DNA of 64,000 nt from an uncultured Acidobacteriota bacterium (lineage in GTDB: Bacteria; Acidobacteriota; UBA6911; RPQK01; JAPXNP01), in assembly GCA_963777605.1 (NCBI GenBank), contig CAVZRV010000008.1, positions 224,001 to 288,000 of the forward strand. The letters are read 5' to 3'. A program made the position numbers and the translations under genes. The notes under the pieces are model-generated. The model was not told the DNA's origin, ran no database searches, and saw only the letters and a program-made list of their open reading frames with translations. This document shows positions 19,531 to 29,629 of this stretch, piece after piece; the first letter of the stretch is position 1; every line of letters starts with the position of its first letter.

Positions 19531-20382
19531 GTGGAACCAGTGATTACGGCTGCAATCATTATGACCGGTCTGGGTGTGGTCTTCGCTTCCATTCTGGCCA
19601 CCGCAGACCATCTCCTCCGAGTCGAAGAAGATCCGAGGCTCGAACAGGTGGAAGGCATGCTCCCGGGAAACAACTGTGGGGCATGCGGCGAGCCCGGTTG
19701 CCAGGCTTTCGCCGGACGTCTTGTCAGGGGGGAAGTCGCTCCTGGCAAGTGTACGGTCAGCACGGAAGAAGCCCTCGTCCAGATCGCCGGGTTTCTGGGC
19801 GTTGATGTCGGCGGTGAAGAGAAGCGTGTCGCACGGCTCAAATGTGCGGGCGGAGAGGGCCTGGTTGCCGATCTGGCAGCGTACAACGGCATTTCGTCCT
19901 GCAGGGGTGCCGTCGTGGTTGACGGCGGAGGACGTGCCTGTACATGGGGCTGCCTGGGACTGGGCGACTGTGAAACCGCCTGCACATTCGATGCGATTCA
20001 CATGAACTGGGAAGGGCTTCCGCAGGTCGATCCGAATCTTTGCACTGCTTGCGGCGACTGCGTGGGCGCCTGCCCCCTCGACCTTTTCACTGTCGTCCCC
20101 ATGTCTCACAATCCGTTCGTACAGTGCAATTCACCGCTGACCGGCGAAGCCGCCCGGTCGCGCTGCCCGGTCGCCTGTGACGCTTGCGGTCGTTGTGCGG
20201 CCGACGCGCCGGCAGGAGTCATCGAGATCGTAAATGGATTGCCGGTGATTCACTACGACCGCGAGGAGAAGCCGACGCAGAGATCCACCTGGCGATGCCC
20301 GACAGGTGCCATTACGTGGATTGAGGGCGAGCAGTTTTCCGAACCTCTAGTTCAAATCAGTAGGGAGCGAATCCGTGCGTAA
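19531..20382 (+). CDS. rnfB: Rnf complex subunit B
   Basis: N-terminal TM helix, EDPR..LPGNNCGACGEPGC, CLGLGDCETAC, CTACGDCVGACP. Confidence 0.92.
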   Translation: MEPVITAAIIMTGLGVVFASILATADHLLRVEEDPRLEQVEGMLPGNNCGACGEPGCQAFAGRLVRGEVAPGKCTVSTEEALVQIAGFLGVDVGGEEKRVARLKCAGGEGLVADLAAYNGISSCRGAVVVDGGGRACTWGCLGLGDCETACTFDAIHMNWEGLPQVDPNLCTACGDCVGACPLDLFTVVPMSHNPFVQCNSPLTGEAARSRCPVACDACGRCAADAPAGVIEIVNGLPVIHYDREEKPTQRSTWRCPTGAITWIEGEQFSEPLVQISRERIRA

Positions 20383-23300
20383 TCTCATATCCAAACTCCG
20401 GTTCGAGCGTTTAAGAAAGTTGTTGGGTGCCGGTGCAGCCGACCAGGGGAAAAAGACCGCAAAAACGGAACTTCTGGAGGTTCAGGAAGCTGTAGCTCTG
20501 GCCGAGGCCATGATCTGCGACATGATCGCGCATTGCTCCGGAGAAGAGTCTCCGGGATTCCAGGAGACCTCCAACGGATTCTCCTCGACCAATGCTTTTG
20601 GCCGACAGGTAGTGAGCGTCGATCTTCCCGGCGTGGCTGAGGGGATTGCCGCTGGTGCCGGTATGACCATGAGTGGGCTCCGATCTTCGGTCTTTCTTCC
20701 CGGTGACCACCTTTCCGAGGGTTATGCCCAGCTCCAATCGATCGCGAGCCGCTATGTCCCTTTGGTGTTGCACGCTGCCTTTCGTGAGGGTTTTGGCCCC
20801 GGCAGCAATCATGCCGGCTACCACGGGGCCGCGGACCTGGGCCTTTTCCAGGCAATGCCCCAGACGGTCCAGCAAGCCATCGACCTCACCTTTCTGTTCC
20901 ACTGGGTTGCCGAGCGGACGTTGATCCCCGGGCTCCTGGCCTTCGACCGCCGTGTCGCCGAGATGGCCGCGTTCCCGACGATCGATTCCATTCGGGAGTT
21001 CCTCGGTGCGCCCGATGCCTCGCTCGCGGCACCCAATCCGGCGCAACTGTTGTTGTTCGGACCAGAGCGACCGGGTGTCCCCGGTTGGTTCGACGTGGAC
21101 CGGCCGGTTTCCTTCGGCTCTCTCCAGGGGTCCAACGACGCGGCCAGCGCCGCGGTCGGCAGACAGGCCTTCTTTGCCGGGCACCTGCCCGAATTGCTCG
21201 ACGAGGGCATGGAGCGGCTCTCGAAATTGACCGGTCGTCCCCTCACCTTCCTGGAACAGGACGAGGTTGATCGGGCCGATTTCGTGCTCGTCACCCAGGG
21301 CAGCTCTTACGAAACCGCTCGGGCGGCCGCCTCCTACCTGAGACAGAGCAAGGGGCTGTCGGTTGGCGTCCTCGGCTTGACCTGGCTGCGTCCCTTCCCG
21401 TCGGCCCAACTCGCCCAGGCACTGCGTGGGAAGCGGGGCATTGCCGTACTCGAGTGTTCCTCGGTGGTGCTTTCCGACCAGGGGAGCCTGATGCGGGAGG
21501 TTCGCTCGGCGGCGGGCGCCCAAAGTGGCAACGCGACCTGGATTTCGGCCAGCTTTGGGCTTCACGGCCAACCGCTTTCGGCCGGCCAGGTCGTTGATTT
21601 GACCATGGAGCTGAAGGAAAAGAAGCCGCGCTCCAAAGTCTGGCTGGGGATCGTTTCCGGGCCCTCGAAGATCGGCGACTACCCCAAGCGGGAAAGCCTG
21701 GTGAAGTCCGTAGCGAGCGATTATCCCGAACTGACCCAGAACACGATTACCGGCCACGGCGTAGAAAAGCTAAGCGCCCAGGAACTGAAGACGGTTCAGT
21801 GGGTGGGTTCCTCCAGTCTGGAACCATCCGACGTCATCCGGCAACTCGTTGATCGTTGCTCCGACGTGGCGCGCGCCAAGATCAGGGGTTTCGGCTGGTA
21901 TCCGGAACCGGGCATCCTCTCGGTTCGTGTTTCGATGGGGCCCGACGAAATTCCGATTGCCGAGGCGGGAGCAGGCGTAGACGTGCTGCTTCTGGGACGC
22001 CTCGGCCTCGACCTGATCCACAACCCTCTCGCGGATCTCGGAGCAGGCGCCACGATCGTTGTTGAATCCGACCGTGCGGCCCAGGAAGTTTGGCATCTGA
22101 TGCCCGATTTCTGGAGATCAGAGGTGCGGCGCCTGAAATTGAAAATGTACAAGGTGGAGACGGGCTTCGACCAGTTGGCGGCGGCGGCCGGCGCAATCAT
22201 CTCGGGCTCGGTGGATCTCCCGTTCCCCGAGATTGAATGGAAGAACCTGGAAGACCCAGCGGGCGACCCGGATGACGTTCCGAAGCTCGTCCGTCGGGCC
22301 GGGGACGCCGGTTCGAGTTACAGCAACCTGCCCCGGTTCTGGGGTGAGGTCATGCAGCCGAAACGGGGCGGGATTTCCGAGAATTTTCCAGATCCCCTGG
22401 TTACCGCGGACGCTGTTCCACCGTACACTGCGGCACTGGCGCGCCCGCGGGGAACGGCGCTGCCATCTATGCCGGTTCTCGACCCCGAGAAGTGTACCGG
22501 TTGCGGTCACTGCTGGCCGGTCTGCCCCGATTCCGCGATTGGTGCCACCCTGCTGAGCCTGCAGGACTACCTGGATGTGGCGGCGGATCAGACGGGGGTT
22601 GAAGGGAAAGTGGCGGCCGCCCTCAAGCGCGCCCACCGTCCCATTGCGGCCCGCGTCGCAGTGCTGATTCGCGAGCGCAACCTGAAGACGGTCCCTGAGG
22701 AAATCTGGCTGGAGGCCTTCGCATCGGTGATCGGCAAAATTTCGGTGCCGGATGGAGAAATGCCCCAGTACAAAGCCGCCTTCCAGGCGACTGCAGAGAT
22801 GGCCCACCGCCTGTCTCCGGTAGTCACCGAGCCGCTCTATTCCAAGCTGGAGTCGGAAAGCCAAAGGTAGCGGCCAGATTCTCATTTTGGCCTTTAACCC
22901 GGACGCCTGCCAGGGATGCCAGCTCTGCATCATGAGCTGTCCCGAATCGGCCCTGCTGGCGATGGACCGGGCCGGAACGGTGAAGGAGGATGCCCGGGAA
23001 GGATGGAAAGTCTGGGAGAATCTTCCGGATACTCCGGGTAACGTCATCGAGAAGGTGGAGGCCGACCTGGAACTCGGCCAGCTGGCCGCCCGTTTTCTGA
23101 GCCGCCACAGTTCCCAGGTCCAAGCCGTCGGGAGTTTCGGCGAGCCCGGTTCGGGCGAACGGCTGGCCTGCCGGATTGTGAGTGGAATCGTCGAGTCCCA
23201 GCTCCAGAAACGGCTCGCCGACCAGGCGGCCGAAGCATCGAAACTGGCCGGCCAGTTGCGGGACCAGGTGCAGGGACAATTGGCGAAAGGTCTCACCGAG

Positions 23301-24683
23301 GCCGACCCGAAAGCAATCCAGTCGGCACTCGAGAGCCTGCCTCGCCACCGGGTGAGCCTGAGCGACCTGAGCGAACGCCTCTCCTCGTTTGGAAAGGCGG
23401 TCTCTCTCGATCCCGTCAAGACTCTTCGACTCGCGCAGACCGCGCATGACCTCGAAACGGAAGCCTGGCAGTTGACCGAAGGGCCCAACCGGCTGGGCCG
23501 TTCGCGGTTCAGCGTGGTTATCGTCAGCCATCGAATCGCCCGTTGGGCGGGCCGGTTCCCCAACCATCCCTACAACGCGCCCCTGGTCGTTGAACCTTCT
23601 CCGGAAGGCGCAGGTCTCGCGGTGGGGCTGGCCGAGGCGGCTGCACTGAAGCATGTCGACCGGGTCCGTACCTATCGTCGTGCGAACCTCTACCTGGAGA
23701 ATCCTTCGGATCTTCCGGGGCGGCTCGTCGACCTGGAAAACCTGACCTGGAGTGATCTGACCGCTGAAGAGCGGGCTACTTGCCCGCCGCTGCTCGTGTT
23801 TGCCGATGAGAGTGCCTTGAGGCGGCAGGGCCTTGGAGCCCTGGGCAGCCTGCTTTCGAGCAAGATCCCCGTAAAACTCATTCTCCTCGACACCCGTTTC
23901 GTGAATCTGGCAACCCCGGAACCGGCCCTGTTTGGTCTCGGTTTCCCGGGGGCCTTCGTTCTCAGTGGTTCACTTGGAGCGCTGGTACACCTCGAGAACA
24001 ACCTTGAAGAGGCCATCAAATTCTCCGGTCCGGCCGTGATCCACATTCACGTTCCGATTCCGCAGGAACAGGGTTTCGAACCCTCCAAGACGATTGAGAG
24101 AGCGCGGTTGGCCGTGCAGGCCAGGGTTCAGCCGCTGTTCGTCTTCAATCCCGCAGCAGAAGGTGCGTTCGGTCTTCGGGTCTCTGTCGAAGGCAATCCC
24201 GGGATAGATTCTCCCTGGGGCGGTTGCGATCCGATCCAGTGGGCCTTCGAAGAGGAACGGTTCAAACCGTTCTTCGTTCCCCTGTCCGAGGATGTCCCAT
24301 CCACCGACTGGAGGGAATATGTTGGACTGGCGGAAGAAGATCGCCGGGACACGGTACCTTCCTACGAGGATGCTGGCGGCAACACCTGGAAGATCGACCG
24401 TCGGCTGGCGGCGTTCGCCGAACGTCGAAGTTCGATTTGGGAGATCTACCAGGAAATCGGAGGCATCGCCAGTCCTCACCTGGATCGGCTTCGCTCGGAA
24501 GTCGAGCAGGAAGTCACGGACCAGAGCCGGGCGGAGTTCGAGGAAACGAAGGCGGGATACGAAGCGCGCATCAGCCAACTGGAACAGGAATCCGATACCA
24601 GGCTCGCCGGACAATTGCGAGAGCGTCTCCTGGTTCTGGCCGGGTTCGGCTCCAAAACCCATACGGATGACACTAATGAGTAG
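20375..24683 (+). CDS. Degenerate PFOR-fold protein with a 2x[4Fe-4S] domain (pseudo-PFOR 2); one gene interrupted by a single-base frameshift near 22857-22870
   Basis: ORFs 20375-22870 and 22887-24683 join into about 1435 aa if one base is removed from GAAAGCCAAAGGTAG. AGMTMSGLRS, HAGYH, WLRPFP, CTGCGHCWPVCP, CQGCQLCIMSCP, RVQPLFVFNP. Could instead be a pseudogene or a sequencing error. Confidence 0.75.
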
Positions 24684-26013
24684 CGCAGTAACTGCTGAGA
24701 CAGCAACCAAGACTTTCCGTCACGGGGTTCACCCGCCGGAGAGAAAGGACTCGACTGAAGGCCGCCCGATTGAACGGGTTCCCTTCGGGAAGGAGTTCAC
24801 GCTTCCGCTCTCCCAACACATCGGTGCGCCTTCGGTTGCAATCGTGAAGCCGGGTCAGCGCGTGGTCCGGGGGGAGACGATCGCCAATCCGGGCGGATTC
24901 GTCTCCACCTGCCTCCACGCTCCCGTGACCGGAACGGTGACGGCGGTAGAACCCCGCCTGCACCCGAACGGAAAGATGATGCCTGCGATCGTGATCGAGG
25001 CCGATCCCTTTTCCTCTCAGAGAGTCGTTCCTCACAAGGTTCCTGCTCCTGAAGGCCTGAGCAATGGCGACCTGGTCAAGCAGGTCCAGATGTCCGGGCT
25101 GGTCGGACTCGGGGGAGCCGCCTTTCCAAGCCACGTCAAGCTCTCGCTTCCCGAGAAGCGCCGGATCGAGTTTGTGGTGATCAACGGCTGTGAGTGTGAG
25201 CCCTATCTGACCTGTGATCACCGAGTTATGGTGGAGCGCGCGGAGTTGGTCATCCGCGGCACCCAGATCATGATGAACAACCTGGGTGCCAATCGAGCCT
25301 ACATCGGGATCGAGTCAAACAAGCCGGACGCCGCCGAGGCATTGAAAGCCGTTGCCCCGTCAAACATTGAAGTCGTTGTGGTCCAGGTCAAGTATCCCCA
25401 AGGCGCCGAGAAGATGCTGATCGACGCAATTCTCGAGAAAGAGGTCCCGAGCGGGGGCATTCCCCTCGACATCGAAATTTTGACCAATAACGTCGGGACG
25501 ACGGCGGCCCTGGCCGACTGGTTTGACCGCGGCATTCCGCTTCTGGAGCGGGTAGTCACGGTAACCGGACCCGGAATCCCCTACCCGCGAAATCTGCTGG
25601 TCCCGCTCGGCACCCCAGTCTCGGCGATCGTGGACTACTGCGGCGGATTGTCCGCCGAAACCCGTCAGGTGATCATGGGTGGTCCTATGATGGGAATGGC
25701 CCAGAAGACACTGGACGTGCCGGTAATGAAGGGCACATCGGGAATTCTGGCCTTGACCGAAGTATTTCAGGCAGTCGCCCAGGAATATCCCTGCATTCGC
25801 TGTGCCCGCTGTCTCGAGGCCTGTCCCATGTTTCTTAATCCAACACGGTTGGCCCACCTCGCCAAGTTCGAGCGCGTCGATGATTTGAAGGATTATCACG
25901 TTCTCGACTGCTTCGAGTGCGCTTCCTGTTCATTTGTCTGCCCGTCGAATATCCCGCTGGTGCAGTGGATTCGGATGGGTAAGGCGGCGGTTCGAGAGGC
26001 ACAGAAGAAATGA
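24676..26013 (+). CDS. rnfC: Rnf complex subunit C
   Basis: TFRHGVHPP, QHIGAP, GLVGLGGAAFP, NGCECEPYLTCD, KYPQGAE, GGPMMG, CIRCARCLEACP, CFECASCSFVCP. Confidence 0.95.
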   Translation: MSSAVTAETATKTFRHGVHPPERKDSTEGRPIERVPFGKEFTLPLSQHIGAPSVAIVKPGQRVVRGETIANPGGFVSTCLHAPVTGTVTAVEPRLHPNGKMMPAIVIEADPFSSQRVVPHKVPAPEGLSNGDLVKQVQMSGLVGLGGAAFPSHVKLSLPEKRRIEFVVINGCECEPYLTCDHRVMVERAELVIRGTQIMMNNLGANRAYIGIESNKPDAAEALKAVAPSNIEVVVVQVKYPQGAEKMLIDAILEKEVPSGGIPLDIEILTNNVGTTAALADWFDRGIPLLERVVTVTGPGIPYPRNLLVPLGTPVSAIVDYCGGLSAETRQVIMGGPMMGMAQKTLDVPVMKGTSGILALTEVFQAVAQEYPCIRCARCLEACPMFLNPTRLAHLAKFERVDDLKDYHVLDCFECASCSFVCPSNIPLVQWIRMGKAAVREAQKK

Positions 26014-27041
26014 GTATCGCGCGCAAGCACGACCTGACACTTTCCACTTCACCCTTTCTCCACGCCCAGTCCACGACGCCGCGGATCATGGCCGACGTGC
26101 TGTTGGCGACGGTCCCGGTGATCCTGGCTGCGTGCTGGTTTTTCGGACTGGGCATTCTGCTCGTGGTCGCAGCTGCCACAGCCGGGGCGGTCTTTACCGA
26201 GTGGATCTTTACCCGGGGGCAACACCCCAGCCCTCTAGTCGACAACAGCGCGTTGCTCACCGGAGTTCTTTTGGGATTGGTATTGCCGCCGAGCTTTCCA
26301 CTCTGGATGGCCTTTCTCGGCGGAGTGGCCGCAATCGGGCTGGGCAAACTGATCTGGGGTGGACTCGGACAGAATGTTTTCAATCCGGCGCTGGTAGGAA
26401 GGGCCTTCCTCCAGGCGTCGTTTCCGACCGCCATTACCAGCTGGACGGCCCCGTCTCAGGGGCTCTTCTCCGTGCCCGCGAAGATCTTCACGGTTCCGCT
26501 CATGCAATCGACGGCGGACACGGTGTCGGCGGCGACTCCACTGGGTTTGTTCAAATTCTCCAGCGAGTTCACCGATGTCGTGTCGCTTTTTATCGGAAAG
26601 ATCGGCGGCTCAATTGGCGAGACGAGTGCCCTGATTCTGATCCTGTGCGGTCTTTGGCTCGGATTCAAGCGAATTTTCGACTGGCGGCTCCCGGCCAGCA
26701 CCCTTTTGTCCGTCGCCGTATTCAGTGGAATCTTCTGGGCCTGGAACCCGAGCAAATTTCCGAGTCCTCTGTTCATGTTGTTTTCCGGCGGAATTCTGTT
26801 TGCCGCGGTATTTATGGTGACCGATCCAGTCTCGACTCCGACTACCCGTAAGGGCGCCTGGATATTCGGGATTGGTGTCGGATTCCTGGTTGTGATCATC
26901 CGGCTCTTCGGCGGACTCCCGGAAGGTGTCATGTACGCGATTCTCTTGATGAACGCGGTGAACCCTTATATCAATCATTACACTCAGCCTCGCATTTTCG
27001 GCGGGGCCAAGAAGAAGTTGGCCGGAGCCGAAGGGAAATGA
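26010..27041 (+). CDS. rnfD: Rnf complex subunit D
   Basis: GGLGQNVFNPALVGR, flavinylation-site-like DTVSAATPL, GSIGETSA, FMVTDPVSTP. Confidence 0.95.
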   Translation: MSIARKHDLTLSTSPFLHAQSTTPRIMADVLLATVPVILAACWFFGLGILLVVAAATAGAVFTEWIFTRGQHPSPLVDNSALLTGVLLGLVLPPSFPLWMAFLGGVAAIGLGKLIWGGLGQNVFNPALVGRAFLQASFPTAITSWTAPSQGLFSVPAKIFTVPLMQSTADTVSAATPLGLFKFSSEFTDVVSLFIGKIGGSIGETSALILILCGLWLGFKRIFDWRLPASTLLSVAVFSGIFWAWNPSKFPSPLFMLFSGGILFAAVFMVTDPVSTPTTRKGAWIFGIGVGFLVVIIRLFGGLPEGVMYAILLMNAVNPYINHYTQPRIFGGAKKKLAGAEGK

Positions 27042-27098
27042 TGATGCGCTCCAGTAGTTGCACAGGTTGGACGCGCTGATTTGAGAGGAGCGTGAATA

Positions 27099-27740
27099 AT
27101 GAGTTCAGCAAAACGACCAGGACCGGCACGGCTGATTCTGACCCTCGGGGGGGCCGGATTCATCTCGGGGTTGCTCCTGGTAACCGTATACCTGGCCACC
27201 AAGCCGATCATCGAGCGAAACCAGGCCGAAGCTCTGGAGGCCGCAATCTATCGAGTTGTCCCGGGATCAACTACGCGAAAGGCATTTGAGCTGAAAGACG
27301 GCAAGCTGGTTGCCGTTGAGTCGAGCGGAAACGCGCTGCCTTCCGGCGAGGTGATCTACGGGGCCTACAATGACCAGGACCAGTTGCTCGGCTATGCCAT
27401 CCCGACCGAAGGAGCCGGTTTCCAGGACACCATCAAGCTTATCTACGGATTTGATCCCCACGACCAGAAGATTGTTGGAATGGAAGTCCTGGACAGTCGG
27501 GAGACTCCGGGACTTGGCGACAAGATCAGCAAGGATCAGCACTTCCTGGACAACTTCAAGGACCTTGCCGTGGAACCAGAGGTGGTCGCGGTGAAATCGG
27601 GGACAAAGACCAAGCAGAATGAAGTCGACTCGATCAGCGGTGCCACGATTTCGTCCAAGGCCGTAGCCAAGATTATCGAACAGGCCAATCTCCGCTACCT
27701 TCCGGCTATTAACGCGGCCCCACAGGAGCAATCGAAATGA
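27099..27740 (+). CDS. rnfG: Rnf complex subunit G
   Basis: N-terminal TM helix, ETPGLG, FMN-binding DSISGATISS. Confidence 0.93.
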   Translation: MSSAKRPGPARLILTLGGAGFISGLLLVTVYLATKPIIERNQAEALEAAIYRVVPGSTTRKAFELKDGKLVAVESSGNALPSGEVIYGAYNDQDQLLGYAIPTEGAGFQDTIKLIYGFDPHDQKIVGMEVLDSRETPGLGDKISKDQHFLDNFKDLAVEPEVVAVKSGTKTKQNEVDSISGATISSKAVAKIIEQANLRYLPAINAAPQEQSK

Positions 27741-28378
27741 GTACGCGAGAGAGGTTATACGACGAGACGGTCAAGGGATTCTGGAAAGAGAACCCGGTTT
27801 TCGTACAGTTGCTGGGCCTGTGTCCTGCCCTGGCCGTCACGAATTCGGCAATAAACGGGCTCGCCATGGGCTCGGCTACAACGTTCGTTCTGGTGGGTTC
27901 CAGTTTCCTGGTTGGATTGCTGAGGAACCAGATCCCCAAACAGGTCCGGATTACCAGCTTTATCGTTATCATCGCGACCTTTGTAACTGTTGCCGACCTG
28001 ACCCTCCAGGCCATGTTGCCCACCGTTCACAAAGAACTGGGTGCGTTCATCGCGCTGATCGTCGTCAACTGCATCATCCTTGGCCGCCAGGAAGCGTTTG
28101 CGTCGCGCAACCCGCTCGGCCTGGCCTTAGGAGATGCCTTCGGAATGTCTCTGGGGTTCACCTTTGCCCTGCTGACCGTGGGCAGCATCCGTGAAATCCT
28201 TGGATCCGGATCCCTGTTCGGTTATGACCTCTTCGCGGGCCACTTCGAGCCCTGGGTCATCATGATCCTGCCCCCGGGCGGATTTCTCACCCTGGGAGTG
28301 CTGCTCATAATCTTTGCGCAGGTCAAGAAGAACCGCGCCCTCAAGGCTGCCATGCGACTCGAGAAGGAGGCCGCATAA
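27737..28378 (+). CDS. rnfE: Rnf complex subunit E
   Basis: ENPVFVQLLGLCPALAVT, LIVVNCIILGR, LPPGGF. Confidence 0.95.
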   Translation: MSTRERLYDETVKGFWKENPVFVQLLGLCPALAVTNSAINGLAMGSATTFVLVGSSFLVGLLRNQIPKQVRITSFIVIIATFVTVADLTLQAMLPTVHKELGAFIALIVVNCIILGRQEAFASRNPLGLALGDAFGMSLGFTFALLTVGSIREILGSGSLFGYDLFAGHFEPWVIMILPPGGFLTLGVLLIIFAQVKKNRALKAAMRLEKEAA

Positions 28379-28956
28379 TGGGAAACTACCTCTGGATTTT
28401 CGTCTCGGCGGCGATTATCAACAACTTCACCCTGGCCTACTTTCTCGGGCTCTGTCCATTTTTCGGAGTCAGCAAGAAGATTGAGACCGCCTTTCGACTC
28501 GGCCTTGCGAACATCTTTGTCATGGTGATCACGTCGGTTTGCGCCTGGGCGCTGAACACGTTCGTGCTCCCCTACGCGCCATATCTCCGGCTGATGACCT
28601 TCATTGTGGTTATCGCGAGTACCGTTCAGTTCGTGGAGATGGTGATCAAGAAGCTGAGCCCCGCACTGTTCAAGGCGCTTGGGATCTACCTTCCCCTGAT
28701 CACGACGAACTGTGCCATCCTGGCGCTGGCGCTGTTTCAGACCAACCGGGGCTACGGGTTCGGCGAAGGCCTCGTGTTCGCGGTCGGTGCCGGCGTTGGC
28801 CTGACCCTCGCTCTGGTTCTCATGGCGGGTGTCCGGGAGGAAGCCGAACTCTCGACTATCCCTGACGTTCTGCAGGGCGCCGGCATGGCTTTTCTGATTG
28901 CCGGGATCCTCTCCATGGCCTTCATGGGCTTTGCCGGGCTTTTCAGCGGAGCTTAG
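28378..28956 (+). CDS. rnfA: Rnf complex subunit A
   Basis: NNFTLAYFLGLCPFFGVS, LGIYLPLITTNCAIL, AFMGFAG. Confidence 0.95.
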   Translation: MGNYLWIFVSAAIINNFTLAYFLGLCPFFGVSKKIETAFRLGLANIFVMVITSVCAWALNTFVLPYAPYLRLMTFIVVIASTVQFVEMVIKKLSPALFKALGIYLPLITTNCAILALALFQTNRGYGFGEGLVFAVGAGVGLTLALVLMAGVREEAELSTIPDVLQGAGMAFLIAGILSMAFMGFAGLFSGA

Positions 28957-28960
28957 CAAG

Positions 28961-29167
28961 ATGTGGAGCTACCTGATCGTCGCTGTTCTCCTGGGGCTTG
29001 CCTGCATCGTTTTCGGACTCCTGCGGGCGGACGTCAGCGAGGACGAAGATAGCCACTGTGAACCGGGTGATTGCCACGGCTGCTCGGAACACCACCGGTG
29101 CGGAGATGACTTTTCGTTCCATCAGCCGATGACTGATCCGAGGGAACTGTTTCGAAACCGAAAGTGA
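28961..29167 (+). CDS. Small single-TM Cys/His-rich protein (68 aa), NqrM-like or FeoB-associated-like
   Basis: MWSYLIVAVLLGLACIVFGLL then HCEPGDCHGCSEHHRC; ATG 4 nt after the rnfA stop. Confidence 0.7.
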   Translation: MWSYLIVAVLLGLACIVFGLLRADVSEDEDSHCEPGDCHGCSEHHRCGDDFSFHQPMTDPRELFRNRK

Positions 29168-29209
29168 TTTCCACGGCCGCCTGACTCGGCGCCCGTGCGG
29201 GAGATGACA

Positions 29210-29605
29210 CTAGCCGTTGACCAGATATTCGTCGATGAGGGCCTTGGCTTCGGCGATCTGGTCGGTTCCTATTGCCACGAAGGCGAAGTCGTGCTCCCGA
29301 CGGATGAATCGGACACTCCTCAGGTCGATGTTGGCCTCTTTGAGGCGCATCGCAACTTTAGCCAGTGCGCCCGGCTCATCTTTGAGCCGAACCAGCAGTG
29401 CGTCCTCGGTGATTGCCTGAAATCCGGCGTCGCGGAGACTTTCGAGTGCGTCGTTGTAGCGATCGACGGTCAGTTCTACGATGGCGGTGTCTTGAACTTC
29501 CTCAGCGTCGATCGTCTCAATGTTGATCCCCCGCGCAGCCAGCACAGCAGAGATATCCGCCAACAGCCCGGCACGGTTCGCGGTGACCACCGCTATCGAT
29601 CTCAT
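29210..29605 (-). CDS. Tandem ACT-domain protein
   Basis: NRAGLLADISAVLAARGINI and DEPGALAKVAMRLKEANIDL. Confidence 0.88.
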   Translation of the reverse strand: MRSIAVVTANRAGLLADISAVLAARGINIETIDAEEVQDTAIVELTVDRYNDALESLRDAGFQAITEDALLVRLKDEPGALAKVAMRLKEANIDLRSVRFIRREHDFAFVAIGTDQIAEAKALIDEYLVNG

Positions 29606-29629
29606 TTCGTTCTCCTGTCTGCTTCTTTC

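Noticed and set aside
22868-22870. TAG as a possible pyrrolysine or readthrough codon
   Set aside because: Homology continues in a different frame, so this is a frameshift, not in-frame recoding; no pyl genes in the window.
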